64,000 nucleotides of DNA from Candidatus Latescibacterota bacterium (GTDB lineage Bacteria; Latescibacterota; UBA2968; UBA8231): NCBI GenBank assembly GCA_965242865.1, contig CBDETK010000013.1:2656001-2720000 (forward strand), in the 5' to 3' direction. Both the position numbers and the translations under genes were made by a program. The notes below the pieces were generated by a model. It worked only from the letters and a program-made list of their open reading frames with translations, was not told where the DNA came from and did no database searches. Numbering within the stretch: the first letter of the stretch is position 1; each line of letters opens with the position of its first letter. Shown piece by piece: positions 30,159 through 40,533 of the stretch.

Positions 30159-31418
30159 ATGATTCAAATTATACGCCAAATCCAACAAGACATACAGGAT
30201 ATTCACCAGCGCGAGCGCGGACGTCTCCTCGTGCTTACGGGAGCACGCCAAGTGGGGAAATCCACCCTTGCCAACATGGCGTTCCCCGACTATCCGGTGA
30301 TTAACCTAGATTCGCCGGTGGAACGAGCGGCCTACGAGCAGCTAGGGCCGGAAGAATGGGTGGCCCGCTACCCCCGCGCCATCGTCGATGAGGCGCAGAA
30401 GCTGCCGGCGGTCATCGAGACCCTAAAGGCGTGTTACGACCGCGATGCAGGGGTGCGGTATGTCCTGCTAGGGTCGAGCCAGATTCTGCTGCTCGAAAAA
30501 GTGCGCGAATCGCTCGCTGGACGCGCTGCGCTGCGGGCGCTTTTCCCGTTTACCCTGCCGGAACTGCTGACAACAACCGGCGCGAGCCGATTGGTCGAGA
30601 TACTCGCGGCCGACGATCCGCTCCACGCCCTCGACCGGCTGTGCCCGGCGATGTACCGCATTACCCCAGCCTACGCGCAGGCCAAAACGCGCTGGGAGTA
30701 CTTCCTTCACTGGGGTGGGATGCCGCGGATTAGGGAATGGGCCGACGAGGACCGCTTCGCGTGGTTGCAGGACTACCAAGCGATGTACCTCCAGCGCGAC
30801 TTGGGCGATTTGGCGCAGTTGCGGCGGCTGGAGCCTTTTGTCCGCGCTCAGCAAGCGGCGGCTCTGCGTTCGGGGCAGGTGATCAATTTTTCGGATCTGG
30901 CCCGGCTGAGCGATGTATCGCCGGCGACCGCACGGCAGTTCATGCGCTACTTGGAACTTAGCTACCAGATTATTCTGTTACCGGCGTGGTATCGCAACGC
31001 AGAAAAACGCCTGAGCAAGCAAAGCAAGCTGCACTTTGTCGATCCGGGGATCCGCCGGAGTATTCTGCGAAAGCGCGGGGAGATTGACGGCACGGAACTG
31101 GAAAGCGCGGTGGTGGCGGAAATCTACAAGCAGTGCCGCAACGCCCAACTGCCGGTTGAGCTATACCATCTACGCACCGCGGACCGGCGCGAGTTAGACT
31201 TGTTGATTGAGCGCGAGGATGGGTTTATCGCCGTGGAAGTTAGGCAGACCGCGCGGGTCAGTGCCACTGATTTTCGCCCCCTTCGCGGCCTAGAGGACTT
31301 GCTGGACAAGCCGCTACTGTTGGGCTTGGTGGCCTCAAACGATGCGTCGAGCATCCCCAGCCCGGACGGGCGGCTGCGCCACGTGGCGATTCCGCATTTG
31401 CTGTCGGGAGCAGGATAG
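30159..31418 (+). CDS. AAA_14 ATPase + DUF4143 protein
   Basis: GARQVGKS, VDEAQK, LGSS, GGMP, KLHFVDPG, ELDLL...VEV. Confidence 0.9.
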   Translation: MIQIIRQIQQDIQDIHQRERGRLLVLTGARQVGKSTLANMAFPDYPVINLDSPVERAAYEQLGPEEWVARYPRAIVDEAQKLPAVIETLKACYDRDAGVRYVLLGSSQILLLEKVRESLAGRAALRALFPFTLPELLTTTGASRLVEILAADDPLHALDRLCPAMYRITPAYAQAKTRWEYFLHWGGMPRIREWADEDRFAWLQDYQAMYLQRDLGDLAQLRRLEPFVRAQQAAALRSGQVINFSDLARLSDVSPATARQFMRYLELSYQIILLPAWYRNAEKRLSKQSKLHFVDPGIRRSILRKRGEIDGTELESAVVAEIYKQCRNAQLPVELYHLRTADRRELDLLIEREDGFIAVEVRQTARVSATDFRPLRGLEDLLDKPLLLGLVASNDASSIPSPDGRLRHVAIPHLLSGAG

Positions 31419-31429
31419 GTTGCCGACGA

Positions 31430-32000
31430 ACTCGCGCAGGATCGCACGTATTTTCTTAGCGTGACCTTCAAACGCCGGATCGTTCTTCATAGCCGCGAGA
31501 GCATCTTCCGCCTTTGTGAGCGATTTGTGGTTGCGGAGAAAGTCTTGAACTTTTTTAGACGCCATCGCTAGAGCAACAGCTAAGGGCGGCAAACCGCTTG
31601 CAGACCAATCGAGAATTAGAGTGGAAATTTCATGTCTCGCGCCAAACTAGTGTACGTAGTCTGCAAGTTGACTGTTAATCGGCGAAGTAGCACAGAGTAC
31701 CCAAAGGTCGAGATCGCTGCCTCTAATCGAGAGTTCACCGAGTTTTGACGTGATTTCCTTCCTAGGCACTTGACCTTTATAACGCTTACACTCGAAACAG
31801 ATGCCGTCGTCTGCATAGGTAGATCTACCGTCAACTCCGAATTGTAAACCGCTACTGGCCAGTCTAAATGGGACTCCGGCGATTTCGCTCAGCGCGGCTC
31901 CGATCAAACCCTCAAACCCATCATCGCCAGTAGCCCGAAGGTCGGTCAGAATTTTCTTTAGATCGCTGATGTAGGCCGAAACGTCTGTCCTAGCTTCCAT
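31430..32000 (-). pseudogene. N-terminal restriction-endonuclease-like domain of a large defence protein, with in-frame stop and truncation
   Basis: GFEGLI...FRLASSGLQFGVDG...FECKRY. Reading through TAG 31647-31649 continues in frame (ILDWS..LPPLAVALA). Confidence 0.6.
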
Positions 32001-32003
32001 ATC

Positions 32004-32126
32004 TGGCGTCAGGCACATCTGGTCGAACGTCTTCATGGTCGTTTTATCCATGACGCCTGCATCATGTAGCCCTAGCGCAGTCTCGTGTACGGCCTCTAGC
32101 GCGTCACTTTTATAGTGTTTACTCAT
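32004..32126 (-). pseudogene. N-terminal half of a HigA-type (YiaG-like) antitoxin, HTH missing
   Basis: MSKHYKSDALEAVHETALGLHDAGVMDKTTMKTFDQMCLTP. Confidence 0.7.
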
Positions 32127-32212
32127 TGTATATAACCTCCGTAATCGTTCCGTTTTCCACCGCCGCCGCCAGTTCCTTATCATCAAGGGCAAGCATCTCG
32201 CTGGCCAACAGA
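32119..32212 (-). pseudogene. C-terminal fragment of a HigB/RelE toxin
   Basis: LLASEMLALDDKELAAAVENGTITEVIYNE*, overlapping the higA start. Confidence 0.6.
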
Positions 32213-32327
32213 ATCATACTTCTAACTTTGTCAAGAAATGTCTTTATGTACGACTTAAAACACTAGGGCAACGCGAAATCCCAAACTGTCGTCCCAACCT
32301 CCGGGCGTAAACCCTTCACCGCCATCG

Positions 32328-33335
32328 TCACTCCCACCCCGTTTCAACCCCCAACTCGCGGCCACACGCTGCCAGCCTTTCCAAATCGTCCAAGTCCATC
32401 GGAATCCCTTCGCGGGCGTATTCCTCGCTCTTGCGGTGCTCAACGGTGCCCGGCAGGGTCGCCTCGTCGTAGCCGCGCACCGGGTCCATGGTCTCGCGGA
32501 CGCCGCGCACGAGATTGTCAACGCCGGCGCGGAAGGCATCGGGCGGGGCGAACGCGCCGATGTCCATGACCATGATTAGGCCGCCATTGCCCGCACGGGG
32601 CCACCGCTGGGCCACGGCCTGGGCGCGGCCGCTGTTCTGGCCGACGAAGGCACCGCCCAGCGTCAAGGCCGAGCCGGTGTAGCCCATTGACTTGAAGAAA
32701 GCCGGCGGGATTAGCTCCTGTAAGGCGTCGTATTTCGGGCCGCGGTGGTAGTCGGCCAAGATGCAAGTGGCCGCGTCGAGGACCAGCGGCGGCTCTTCTT
32801 TTGCGGGAAAGCCAAAGCAGATCGGCGGATTGCCCCAGTAGGCCGACTGCTGGCCGCGATTGCCGCCGCCCTCGCCGAAATAATTGGGATGGTGCCCCTG
32901 AACGGAAAAGGCGCAGCAGCCCTCCTGCATGGCACGGCGCACATAGTGCCCAGCCGAGCCGTAGTGTCCGAGGTGACAGGCCGCGCCGAGAGCTACCTTG
33001 TACCGCTTGGCCTTCTCAATGGCCTTTTCGGCGGCCAGCATCATCGGCGCGTAGCCCAAGCCGCCATCGCCGTCAATGAGAACGGTGGTCTCGGTATCTT
33101 GGAGTACGCGCAGGTCGGGGCTGGGGTTGACGGTGCCATCGCGCAGGCTGCCGCAGTAGCCAACCATGGCGCGAGTGCCGTGCGAGCGCACGCCGCGCAG
33201 GTCCGAGTTGGACAGCAGCTCGGCTAGCTGGTCGGCGTGGTCGGAGCGCAGCCCGGCGGCCTTGAGACAGGCGGCGGTAAAGGAGCGCAGCGTGGCGACG
33301 GGTACGCGCTTGAATTTTGCGGGGGGGCGGTTCAT
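32328..33335 (-). CDS. Ldh_2-family oxidoreductase (malate/L-lactate/ureidoglycolate dehydrogenase-like)
   Basis: DLRGVRSHG, IDGDGGLG, HYGSAGHY, GNPPI, LPG. AAGGAG RBS. Confidence 0.88.
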   Translation of the reverse strand: MNRPPAKFKRVPVATLRSFTAACLKAAGLRSDHADQLAELLSNSDLRGVRSHGTRAMVGYCGSLRDGTVNPSPDLRVLQDTETTVLIDGDGGLGYAPMMLAAEKAIEKAKRYKVALGAACHLGHYGSAGHYVRRAMQEGCCAFSVQGHHPNYFGEGGGNRGQQSAYWGNPPICFGFPAKEEPPLVLDAATCILADYHRGPKYDALQELIPPAFFKSMGYTGSALTLGGAFVGQNSGRAQAVAQRWPRAGNGGLIMVMDIGAFAPPDAFRAGVDNLVRGVRETMDPVRGYDEATLPGTVEHRKSEEYAREGIPMDLDDLERLAACGRELGVETGWE

Positions 33336-33569
33336 AAAAATCTCCTTGGGGAATCAAGTTGGCTCTTGGGCGGTCGCAGCCGTTGCGAACCTTGTCGTAG
33401 AACCCTGCAACATGTATTATTTCTTCTAAACAATAACCTAAAATTCCCACCTTTCTGCGAGATGCCTCAACGCCGCTGTAAGCGAGAAAAATCGCTGCAA
33501 ACGCTTCCTCGAGGCGGTCTTGTGGATCGCGCTATCAGCACTTCACCACCGCTCTGGATCCTAATACAA

Positions 33570-35183
33570 ATGTCAATGCGACCTGCTTCATACACAAAAG
33601 TCACGCGCTGGCTACGGCAAGCGATCGTCATCGTCTGCCTACTGGCCGTTCAGGCGTTCGCGTCGGGATGTTTGCTAAAAGGCGAGGAACTCCGGCCGAA
33701 CATCGTCCTCATCTTCGTCGATGACCTCGGCTACAACGACGTCAGCTACAACGGCGCAACCGAAATCGAGACGCCCAACATCGACCGGCTGGCCGACGAG
33801 GGCATAATTTTTTCCAATGGCTACGTCGTGCATCCCACCTGCGGTCCATCCCGGGCCGGCCTGATAACCGGCCGCTACCCGGCGCGCTTCGGCATGGAGG
33901 CCAACCTCGCCTACGCGCCCTTCGACCCGGAGTACGGCCTTCCGGTGGAGGAGACGACCGTGGCCGCGTACCTCAAGGACGCGGGCTACCAGACGGGCAT
34001 CGTCGGCAAATGGCAGTTGGGTGCTGCGCCGCCCTTTAATCCGCTCAACCGCGGGTTCGACTACTTCTATGGCTTCCTCGGCGGAGAACACAACTACTTC
34101 GAGGTCGATGGTGCTCACTCTGGGCCTTCCCAAGCCATCATTAGCTACCTCCCGCTCAATGAGAATCGCAGCGCGACCGGGTTCGACGGCTACCTAACCG
34201 ATGTGCTTACGGACCACGCGATTGAATTCGTCCATGAGAACCGCGACGAACCGTTCTTCCTGTACCTCGCGTACAACGCGCCGCACACCCCCTTGCAGGC
34301 CCCCGAAAACCTCATTGAGAAGTATTCCCAGCGGATCACTTCTAAAGTGCATAGCCTGCTGGACAAACAGCAGACCCCGGACGGTCTCAGTGACCAAAGG
34401 CGCCGCACCTACTTGGCCATGGTTAGCTCGTTGGACCAGAACATCGGGCGGGTGCTGGACGTCCTCGCGAAAACCGGAGAACGCGACAATACCCTGATCT
34501 TCTTCCTCAGCGACAACGGCGGCGTTTACCCGAAGGACGACGAGGACCGGCACACTTGGGCGGACAACTCCCCGTTCAGCAGGGGCAAAAACAGCTTCCG
34601 CGAAGGCGGGGTACGGGTGCCCTTTGTGGCCTCATGGCCGGCTCGGTGGCCGCAGGGTGAAACCTTTGAGCCGATGGTTAGCAGCCTCGACATCGCCGCG
34701 ACGGCAATGGCCTTGGTCGGCTCAGAGGCCGACGCCAGTCGCCCGCTGGACGGGGTCAACCTCGACCCATTCCTCCGCGGCGAGACCGCCGGTTCCCCGC
34801 ACAAAGCCCTCTTCTGGCGGCGGGCAAACGAGGTGCCGCACAATACGCTGTTCGCGGTCCGCACCGGCCGCGCAAAGCTCATCAGGGACAGCGAGGGGGG
34901 CGAAGTCCAGCTTTTCGATTTGGAACGCGACCCAAGCGAGGCGCGCAATCGGATTGATGGCGACCCCGAAACAGCGGCCCGCCTCGCCGCGCTGTGGAAC
35001 GCTTGGAACCGGGAAAATGTCAGTCTTAACATCTATCCGGGCCAGATGCACTACGACGGGACCCGCGCCAAGTCCGTTCGGAAGTTGGCCGAAGATTTTA
35101 ACGTAAGGGGAGCGGAAACGCCGCCATTCCAAATCGGGGAAGGTCCGATCCCGAGCCAGTCTGAGGAATCTGCGGCTCAGTAA
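33570..35183 (+). CDS. Cys-type sulfatase, possible lipoprotein
   Basis: PNIVLIFVDDLG, CGPSRAGLITG (CxPxR), GKW, APHTP, SDNG. ASGC lipobox-like site. Confidence 0.93.
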   Translation: MSMRPASYTKVTRWLRQAIVIVCLLAVQAFASGCLLKGEELRPNIVLIFVDDLGYNDVSYNGATEIETPNIDRLADEGIIFSNGYVVHPTCGPSRAGLITGRYPARFGMEANLAYAPFDPEYGLPVEETTVAAYLKDAGYQTGIVGKWQLGAAPPFNPLNRGFDYFYGFLGGEHNYFEVDGAHSGPSQAIISYLPLNENRSATGFDGYLTDVLTDHAIEFVHENRDEPFFLYLAYNAPHTPLQAPENLIEKYSQRITSKVHSLLDKQQTPDGLSDQRRRTYLAMVSSLDQNIGRVLDVLAKTGERDNTLIFFLSDNGGVYPKDDEDRHTWADNSPFSRGKNSFREGGVRVPFVASWPARWPQGETFEPMVSSLDIAATAMALVGSEADASRPLDGVNLDPFLRGETAGSPHKALFWRRANEVPHNTLFAVRTGRAKLIRDSEGGEVQLFDLERDPSEARNRIDGDPETAARLAALWNAWNRENVSLNIYPGQMHYDGTRAKSVRKLAEDFNVRGAETPPFQIGEGPIPSQSEESAAQ

Positions 35184-35201
35184 CGGCCGTTCTGCATCGT
35201 C

Positions 35202-36446
35202 TTAACCCATCCCACTCATCACAAATTCTCCAACCACCTGCACCCTCACTAAGTCGCCGGCCTCGGCGCGCTGATGGGGTTCGAGGACGACGAAGCTGTT
35301 GGCGTTGAGCATGGAGCTGATTATGTGCGAGCCTTGGCTGCGGGCGGGGCGCACCCAGAATTGGCCGTCTTGGTAGCGCAAGGTAGCGCGCAGGTACTGG
35401 CGGCGGTCGCCGTCGTTGGCGCAGGGGCTTTCCACCCGGGCGGACGCCTCGGGCAAAAACCACGCCGATTGCGGATAGCCGGCGGCCTTGCGGATGGCGG
35501 GCCGCACGAACTGGAGAAAGGACATCATGCTCGATACCGGGTTGCCGGGTAGGCCGAAATAGGGCACGCCGCCGACTGTGCAAAAGACCAGCGGCTTGCC
35601 CGGCTTCATGGCCACGCGCCAGAAGATCGTTTCGCTCCCCAAGTCGTCGAGGACCTTTTTGACAAAGTCGTATTCGCCGACCGAGACCCCGCCCGAGGAA
35701 ACGGCAAAGTCAGCGCGGATCGCGGCCTCAATGGTGGCGCGGATCGCGGCCTCGTCGTCCGGCACGGTGGGCAGCATGATGGGTTCGGCCCCGTGGGCGC
35801 GGCAGAAGGCCGCTAGAGCGCACGTATTGCTGTTGACGATCTGGCCTGCTCCGGGGGTCTCCTCAATTTCGACCAACTCGTCGCCGGTGGAGAGGATGGC
35901 GACGCACGGCCGGCGGTACACGGAGACGAAGCTCTGCTGCACGGCGGCGAGCACGACCAGTTCGCCCGGGCCGCACTCGGTCCCGGCCTTGATGATCGGC
36001 TCGCCGCAGCGCATGTCCTCGCCGCGCCGGCGAATGTGTGCGCCGCGCTCTTCAACGGCGCAGATTTCGACCTCTTGCCCGGCGGGGCGGGTGTCCTCTA
36101 CCGGGACGATGGCGTCGGCACCGACTGGCACGGCCGCGCCCGTCATAATGCGGCTAGCTTGACCGGGGCCAACCGTTTTCTGCGGCACTTTGCCGGCCGG
36201 GATGTCTTCAATGACCGCCAAGGCTATGGCCGCAGCGTCCGTCGCGGCGGCTACGTCCGCGTGACGCACGGCATAGCCGTCCATAGCCGAATTGTCGCAG
36301 GGTGGATTGTCGCGCCGCGCCAACACGTCTTGGGCGAGCACGCGGCCGGTAGCGTCGAGCAGCGCAACGCGCTCAGGGCCGAGGACTTTCACGTGTTCGA
36401 GGACGATGGCACGGGCTTCTTCCGGGGTGAGCATTGGGTTGGGCAT
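35202..36446 (-). CDS. moeA: Molybdopterin molybdenumtransferase
   Basis: SAMDGYA, IMTGA, STGDEL, SSGGVSVG, KPGKP, GLPGNP. Confidence 0.96.
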   Translation of the reverse strand: MPNPMLTPEEARAIVLEHVKVLGPERVALLDATGRVLAQDVLARRDNPPCDNSAMDGYAVRHADVAAATDAAAIALAVIEDIPAGKVPQKTVGPGQASRIMTGAAVPVGADAIVPVEDTRPAGQEVEICAVEERGAHIRRRGEDMRCGEPIIKAGTECGPGELVVLAAVQQSFVSVYRRPCVAILSTGDELVEIEETPGAGQIVNSNTCALAAFCRAHGAEPIMLPTVPDDEAAIRATIEAAIRADFAVSSGGVSVGEYDFVKKVLDDLGSETIFWRVAMKPGKPLVFCTVGGVPYFGLPGNPVSSMMSFLQFVRPAIRKAAGYPQSAWFLPEASARVESPCANDGDRRQYLRATLRYQDGQFWVRPARSQGSHIISSMLNANSFVVLEPHQRAEAGDLVRVQVVGEFVMSGMG

Positions 36447-36490
36447 ATCGGGTATCTATGACTCCTTATGGCAGAACGGGCGAGACGCGA

Positions 36491-37420
36491 TTAACGGGTT
36501 CCGGCTGCAAGCAGCGATTTGACCTGTCCCCACGACTCGGACTCGACGCTCGTAGCAGCAGCGGAAGGGGAAATCGGCTGCCAAACGGGACTGCGTCCGC
36601 CCAAGCCGTTGGTCAATTCGACTAAGTTGCTCCCGTCTAGATCAACGGCCCAAATAAGAGCAGTGAGAGAAGCGAAAGCCATTCTCATGCTATCGGGCGA
36701 CCAAGTAGGACGAGTACTCCAGTTGTTATCGCTCACACATCCATAGGATTCCCCACAAGTGGACGGCTGAGGGATGCCAAGAAGGGGGATAACCGAGAGC
36801 TCGACTCCACTGATAGGCCGGAGGAAAATCGAGTGCTCATCTTCCCTAGCATCGCTGATATAGAGACGAACGATGCTATCTTCGTGCCCTTTTTCCCGCA
36901 ACGAGATGAGTGCTTCTTTGGTCCCGTCCGGGGAACGACTAGAGTGGTAGTGTGCCGCTCGCGAGTCCACGGGCGACGGACCGCTTCCGTCCAGTGCCAT
37001 GACAAACGAATCAATACTGTACCCATCACCATCGTCTCTAGGCACCCCTAGGATGTCGTAGTAAATGCTACTCCCGTCTTCAGACCATGAAAGACGTAAT
37101 CTATCGACGGAATCGTCCGTTAGCTGCTGTTGATTGCCGCCATCGGCATCCATCAACCAGATTTCCCCACCGTACTGACCGTCGTCAAAAACGTCGCCGA
37201 TGTACGCGATCTTCGCGCCATCCGGGGACCAAGCCGGGCTGGCGCAATCCCGTCCTTGGGTCAGGTTTACGGGGTCGCTCCCGTCCGCGTCCATAATCCA
37301 CACGTCCTCGTGCCCTTCGCGGTCGGAGATAAACGCTATTTTGCCGTCGGCTTGTCCCCAGCCAGCGGCGGCCAGCCCCAGCGTGGCCAAGCAGACGATA
37401 AACGTGAATCGATAGCTCAT
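36491..37420 (-). CDS. Secreted TolB-like/PD40 beta-propeller protein with C-terminal SWGQVK motif
   Basis: Signal peptide, KIAFISDR, PAWSPDG, PTWSPD, tail ATSVESESWGQVKS. AAAGGAG RBS. Confidence 0.8.
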   Translation of the reverse strand: MSYRFTFIVCLATLGLAAAGWGQADGKIAFISDREGHEDVWIMDADGSDPVNLTQGRDCASPAWSPDGAKIAYIGDVFDDGQYGGEIWLMDADGGNQQQLTDDSVDRLRLSWSEDGSSIYYDILGVPRDDGDGYSIDSFVMALDGSGPSPVDSRAAHYHSSRSPDGTKEALISLREKGHEDSIVRLYISDAREDEHSIFLRPISGVELSVIPLLGIPQPSTCGESYGCVSDNNWSTRPTWSPDSMRMAFASLTALIWAVDLDGSNLVELTNGLGGRSPVWQPISPSAAATSVESESWGQVKSLLAAGTR

Positions 37421-37520
37421 AACGCGGCTCCTTTCACAAGGTCCTAAATAGACCGGGCGTTGTAGGGTACATGTCAGACCCCCAGTAGAGCACATCGGTT
37501 CCTCCTGCCTCGGCGGTGCG

Positions 37521-38333
37521 CTAGACAAAGTTGACGAAATCGTGGCGCACCCACAGCAAGTTGATCAGCCCCAGCACAAACCCCGCAATCACCAGCCACT
37601 TGAGGCGGCGACCGTGCCGACGATCAATGCCGCGCAAGTAGAGGTAGATGCCAAAGACGAACCACGTCGGCAGGGCCAGCCAGATTTTGGCATCCCGGCC
37701 CGCGAGGTATTCGCCCGGCGCGCCAAAGAGCCAAATCGCGCCCATGCCCAAGCCCAAGGTAAAGAGCGAAAAGCCCCCACCGGCAAAGCGAAAGGTCGCC
37801 GTGGCCGCTGTGTCGAGCGCGGGCAAATAGCTGTTGAGCCGGCCCTTTTTCAGGGCTTGGTGTTGGACGAGGTAGCCGACCGCAGCGCAAAACGCCAGCG
37901 CGAAGCCCACGTGCCCGAGCAGGGTTAGCACCACGTGGATGCCGAGGAAGGGGTACTCCACGAGGATCGACTCGGCCTGCTCAAAGCGAATGGGCAGCAG
38001 CAGCGGATAGAGCAAGCCGAGAAAGGCGAGGGGCGCGGTCAGCAGCCCGAGGTGGCGAATGCGCGCATAGCGCTCGCCGAGCAGGCCGGCAACCACCAAG
38101 GCCATGACCAGCGAGGCGATGATCACCAACATATTGGCGAAGAGGGCTTGGCCAGAAAGCGCGAAGTGCAGCACGATGCTGACGGCGTGGACGGCCAATC
38201 CCAACTTGAGGCTCTTGCGCCCCAGCGCGTCCCAGTCGCTTTTGTGCCAGAGGAAGTGTCCTTGAAACAGCAGCGCGGCCGCCAAGTAAAACGCCAAGGC
38301 CGCGCCGAGAGAGACAATGCAAAACGTCGTCAC
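37521..38333 (-). CDS. ccsA: Cytochrome c biogenesis CcsA/HemX-like membrane protein
   Basis: About 8 TM segments, GIHV, LPALD, GAIW...DAK. Directly downstream of hemA. The canonical WWD motif is degenerate. Confidence 0.7.
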   Translation of the reverse strand: MTTFCIVSLGAALAFYLAAALLFQGHFLWHKSDWDALGRKSLKLGLAVHAVSIVLHFALSGQALFANMLVIIASLVMALVVAGLLGERYARIRHLGLLTAPLAFLGLLYPLLLPIRFEQAESILVEYPFLGIHVVLTLLGHVGFALAFCAAVGYLVQHQALKKGRLNSYLPALDTAATATFRFAGGGFSLFTLGLGMGAIWLFGAPGEYLAGRDAKIWLALPTWFVFGIYLYLRGIDRRHGRRLKWLVIAGFVLGLINLLWVRHDFVNFV

Positions 38334-39613
38334 GCCTTTTCCTCCTCGGCCTCGGGATCGAGCCGGAAGAGGCGACGCACCGTATCGAGGCGGACATAGC
38401 CCTCGTCGTCGTTGGCAAACTCGCGGATTTGCACGAGCGGATCGTGCAGGAGCTTGTTGGTGTACCCGCGCAAGATGCGCTCAACGAGCTGGCGGTCGGC
38501 CGCGGACAGCGGGCCGAGTTGGGCGGCCCACCGGGCGAGTTCCTGCTCTTGCAGCCGAGCGGCGCGCTGGTGCAAGGCTCGGATTAGCGGCCCTGTGCCC
38601 AAGGCGTTGAACCAATGCAAAAACCCCTTGAGCTCGTGGTCGATAATGGCTTGTACGCAGCGGATCGCTCCCTCGCGCTCTTGGCGGTTGGCCGCAACGA
38701 CTTGCTCTAGATTGTCCACGTCGAACAGGAAGACGTTGTCGATGGTGCGCACGGCCGGGTCGATGTCGCGCGGCACGGCAATGTCGATGAGGAACAGGGG
38801 CTGTCCGCGGCGTTGCGCCATGGCCCGGCGCAAGTCCGCGGGCCGGATGACGTAGCCCGTCGCCGCGGTCGCCGAGATGACGATGTCCACGCCCGCGAGC
38901 CGAGCGGCTAGCTCCGCAAAGGGCACGGCCTCGCCGCCCAAGCGGCCGGCCAGCGACTGGGCGCGGGCCACCGTGCGGCTGCTGACCAACAGCCGCTCGA
39001 CGCCGGCGTCGAGCAAGTACTGGGCCGTGAGCGCGCCCATCTCGCCCGCGCCGACCAAGAGGGCGCAGCAGCCCGTTAGGTTTTCAAAGACTTGGCCAGC
39101 CAGCTCGACCGCGGCCGTGCCAATCGACAGCCGGCCGCGGCCAATCTCGGTTTCGGCGCGGGCGCGCTTGCCCACGCGCAACGAGCGCTGAAAAAGCTCG
39201 TTGAGCAACAGCCGCGCCGCGCCGTTTTGCTGGGCGGTCGCCAGCGCTTGACGCACTTGGCCGAGAATCTGCGACTCGCCGACGACGAGGGAGTCAATGC
39301 CGCTGGCAACGCGAAAAAGGTGAATGGCCGCGTCTGAGTCGTTGAGCTGGTAGAAATGCGCTTCGAGCGCCGCGACATCTACGCCTCGACACTCGGCGAG
39401 AAAGCGGCGCACCTGCGCCAGCCCGCTCGCGCCATCGGCTGCCAAGTACAGCTCAGAGCGGTTGCAGGTGGAGAGAATGGCCGCCTCGTGCAGCCCGTAG
39501 TCCCCGACGAGCCGGGCTAGGGCCGAGGGCTGGTCGCTGGCGGGGAAGGCCAGCCGCTCGCGGATTTCCACCGGCGCGGTGCGGTGATTGATTCCCAACG
39601 TTAGTATATGCAC
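38330..39613 (-). CDS. hemA: Glutamyl-tRNA reductase
   Basis: GINHRTAPVEIRE, LSTCNRSE, GESQILGQ, GAGEMG, IDIAVPRD. Confidence 0.97.
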   Translation of the reverse strand: MHILTLGINHRTAPVEIRERLAFPASDQPSALARLVGDYGLHEAAILSTCNRSELYLAADGASGLAQVRRFLAECRGVDVAALEAHFYQLNDSDAAIHLFRVASGIDSLVVGESQILGQVRQALATAQQNGAARLLLNELFQRSLRVGKRARAETEIGRGRLSIGTAAVELAGQVFENLTGCCALLVGAGEMGALTAQYLLDAGVERLLVSSRTVARAQSLAGRLGGEAVPFAELAARLAGVDIVISATAATGYVIRPADLRRAMAQRRGQPLFLIDIAVPRDIDPAVRTIDNVFLFDVDNLEQVVAANRQEREGAIRCVQAIIDHELKGFLHWFNALGTGPLIRALHQRAARLQEQELARWAAQLGPLSAADRQLVERILRGYTNKLLHDPLVQIREFANDDEGYVRLDTVRRLFRLDPEAEEEKA

Positions 39614-39669
39614 AACCTCAAAAGTACTTATTTACCATCTATGAGGAAACACGCAAAAGGAAGGCGGCC

Positions 39670-40533
39670 ATGGTCAAACACCTGCTGGTCGGTTTAGCAC
39701 TCTTAGGCGCGGCCGCCGATGCGGGGGCCGGCGCGTGGACTTTGCCGCAAGGCCAGTTCTGGGGCAAGCTCACGTATTTCCAGCAGCGCACGCAGGAGTG
39801 GTACGTCGGCAAGGGCCGCTTTGGCGCGCCCGGGACCCGCGCCCGCTACGACCTAGACGGGCAGTACGAATCGCGGGCCATCTTTTTCGAGGGCCTATAC
39901 GGCGTCACCGACCGCCTCGACCTCGGCTTGCAGGTTCCTTATTTCGACCAATCCTTTGCCAACGCCGCGTTTGCCAAACCCCGCACGGCTACCGGCCTAA
40001 GCGACCTCCGCGCCTTAGTCAAATTTCGCCTCTTGGCCAAGCCCTTGGTCCTCGCGCTCAAGGCCGGCGTCAAGATGCCGACCGGCGCGTTCAAAAACGA
40101 AGACGGGCTGATCCCGGTGGGCGAAGGACAGTGGGATTTCGACTTGGTCGGGCAGGTGGGGCGCTCCTTTTGGCCGCGGCCCTTGTACGGCAACCTCGAC
40201 CTCGGCTATCGCGTCCGCACCCGCAACGAGCGCATCGACCGCGACCCCGGCGACGAGTGGTTCCTCAACGCCGAGTTGGGCTACCAACTCGCCCGGCCGC
40301 TCATGCTGCTGGGCAAGTGCGAGGTGCTCCGCAGCCGGCCGGCCGTAGTCTTTGGCGGGATTGAAGCCGAGATCAAGCGCATCGCGTACCTGACGCCGGC
40401 CCTGCTCTACGCCGTCGGCCAGCGCACGGTGATCGAGGCGGCCGTGCGCTTCTCGCTGCACGGGCGCAATTTTCCGGCCGGTCGGCAGCTCGTCTTGGGG
40501 TTGGCGACGACGCTGGGAAAAGGCCGGGGCTAG
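39670..40533 (+). CDS. Putative outer-membrane beta-barrel protein (Phenol_MetA_deg-like)
   Basis: Signal peptide, AWTLPQG, YGVTDRL, GLSD, KMPTG, G.GQWD, amphipathic strands. Confidence 0.6.
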   Translation: MVKHLLVGLALLGAAADAGAGAWTLPQGQFWGKLTYFQQRTQEWYVGKGRFGAPGTRARYDLDGQYESRAIFFEGLYGVTDRLDLGLQVPYFDQSFANAAFAKPRTATGLSDLRALVKFRLLAKPLVLALKAGVKMPTGAFKNEDGLIPVGEGQWDFDLVGQVGRSFWPRPLYGNLDLGYRVRTRNERIDRDPGDEWFLNAELGYQLARPLMLLGKCEVLRSRPAVVFGGIEAEIKRIAYLTPALLYAVGQRTVIEAAVRFSLHGRNFPAGRQLVLGLATTLGKGRG

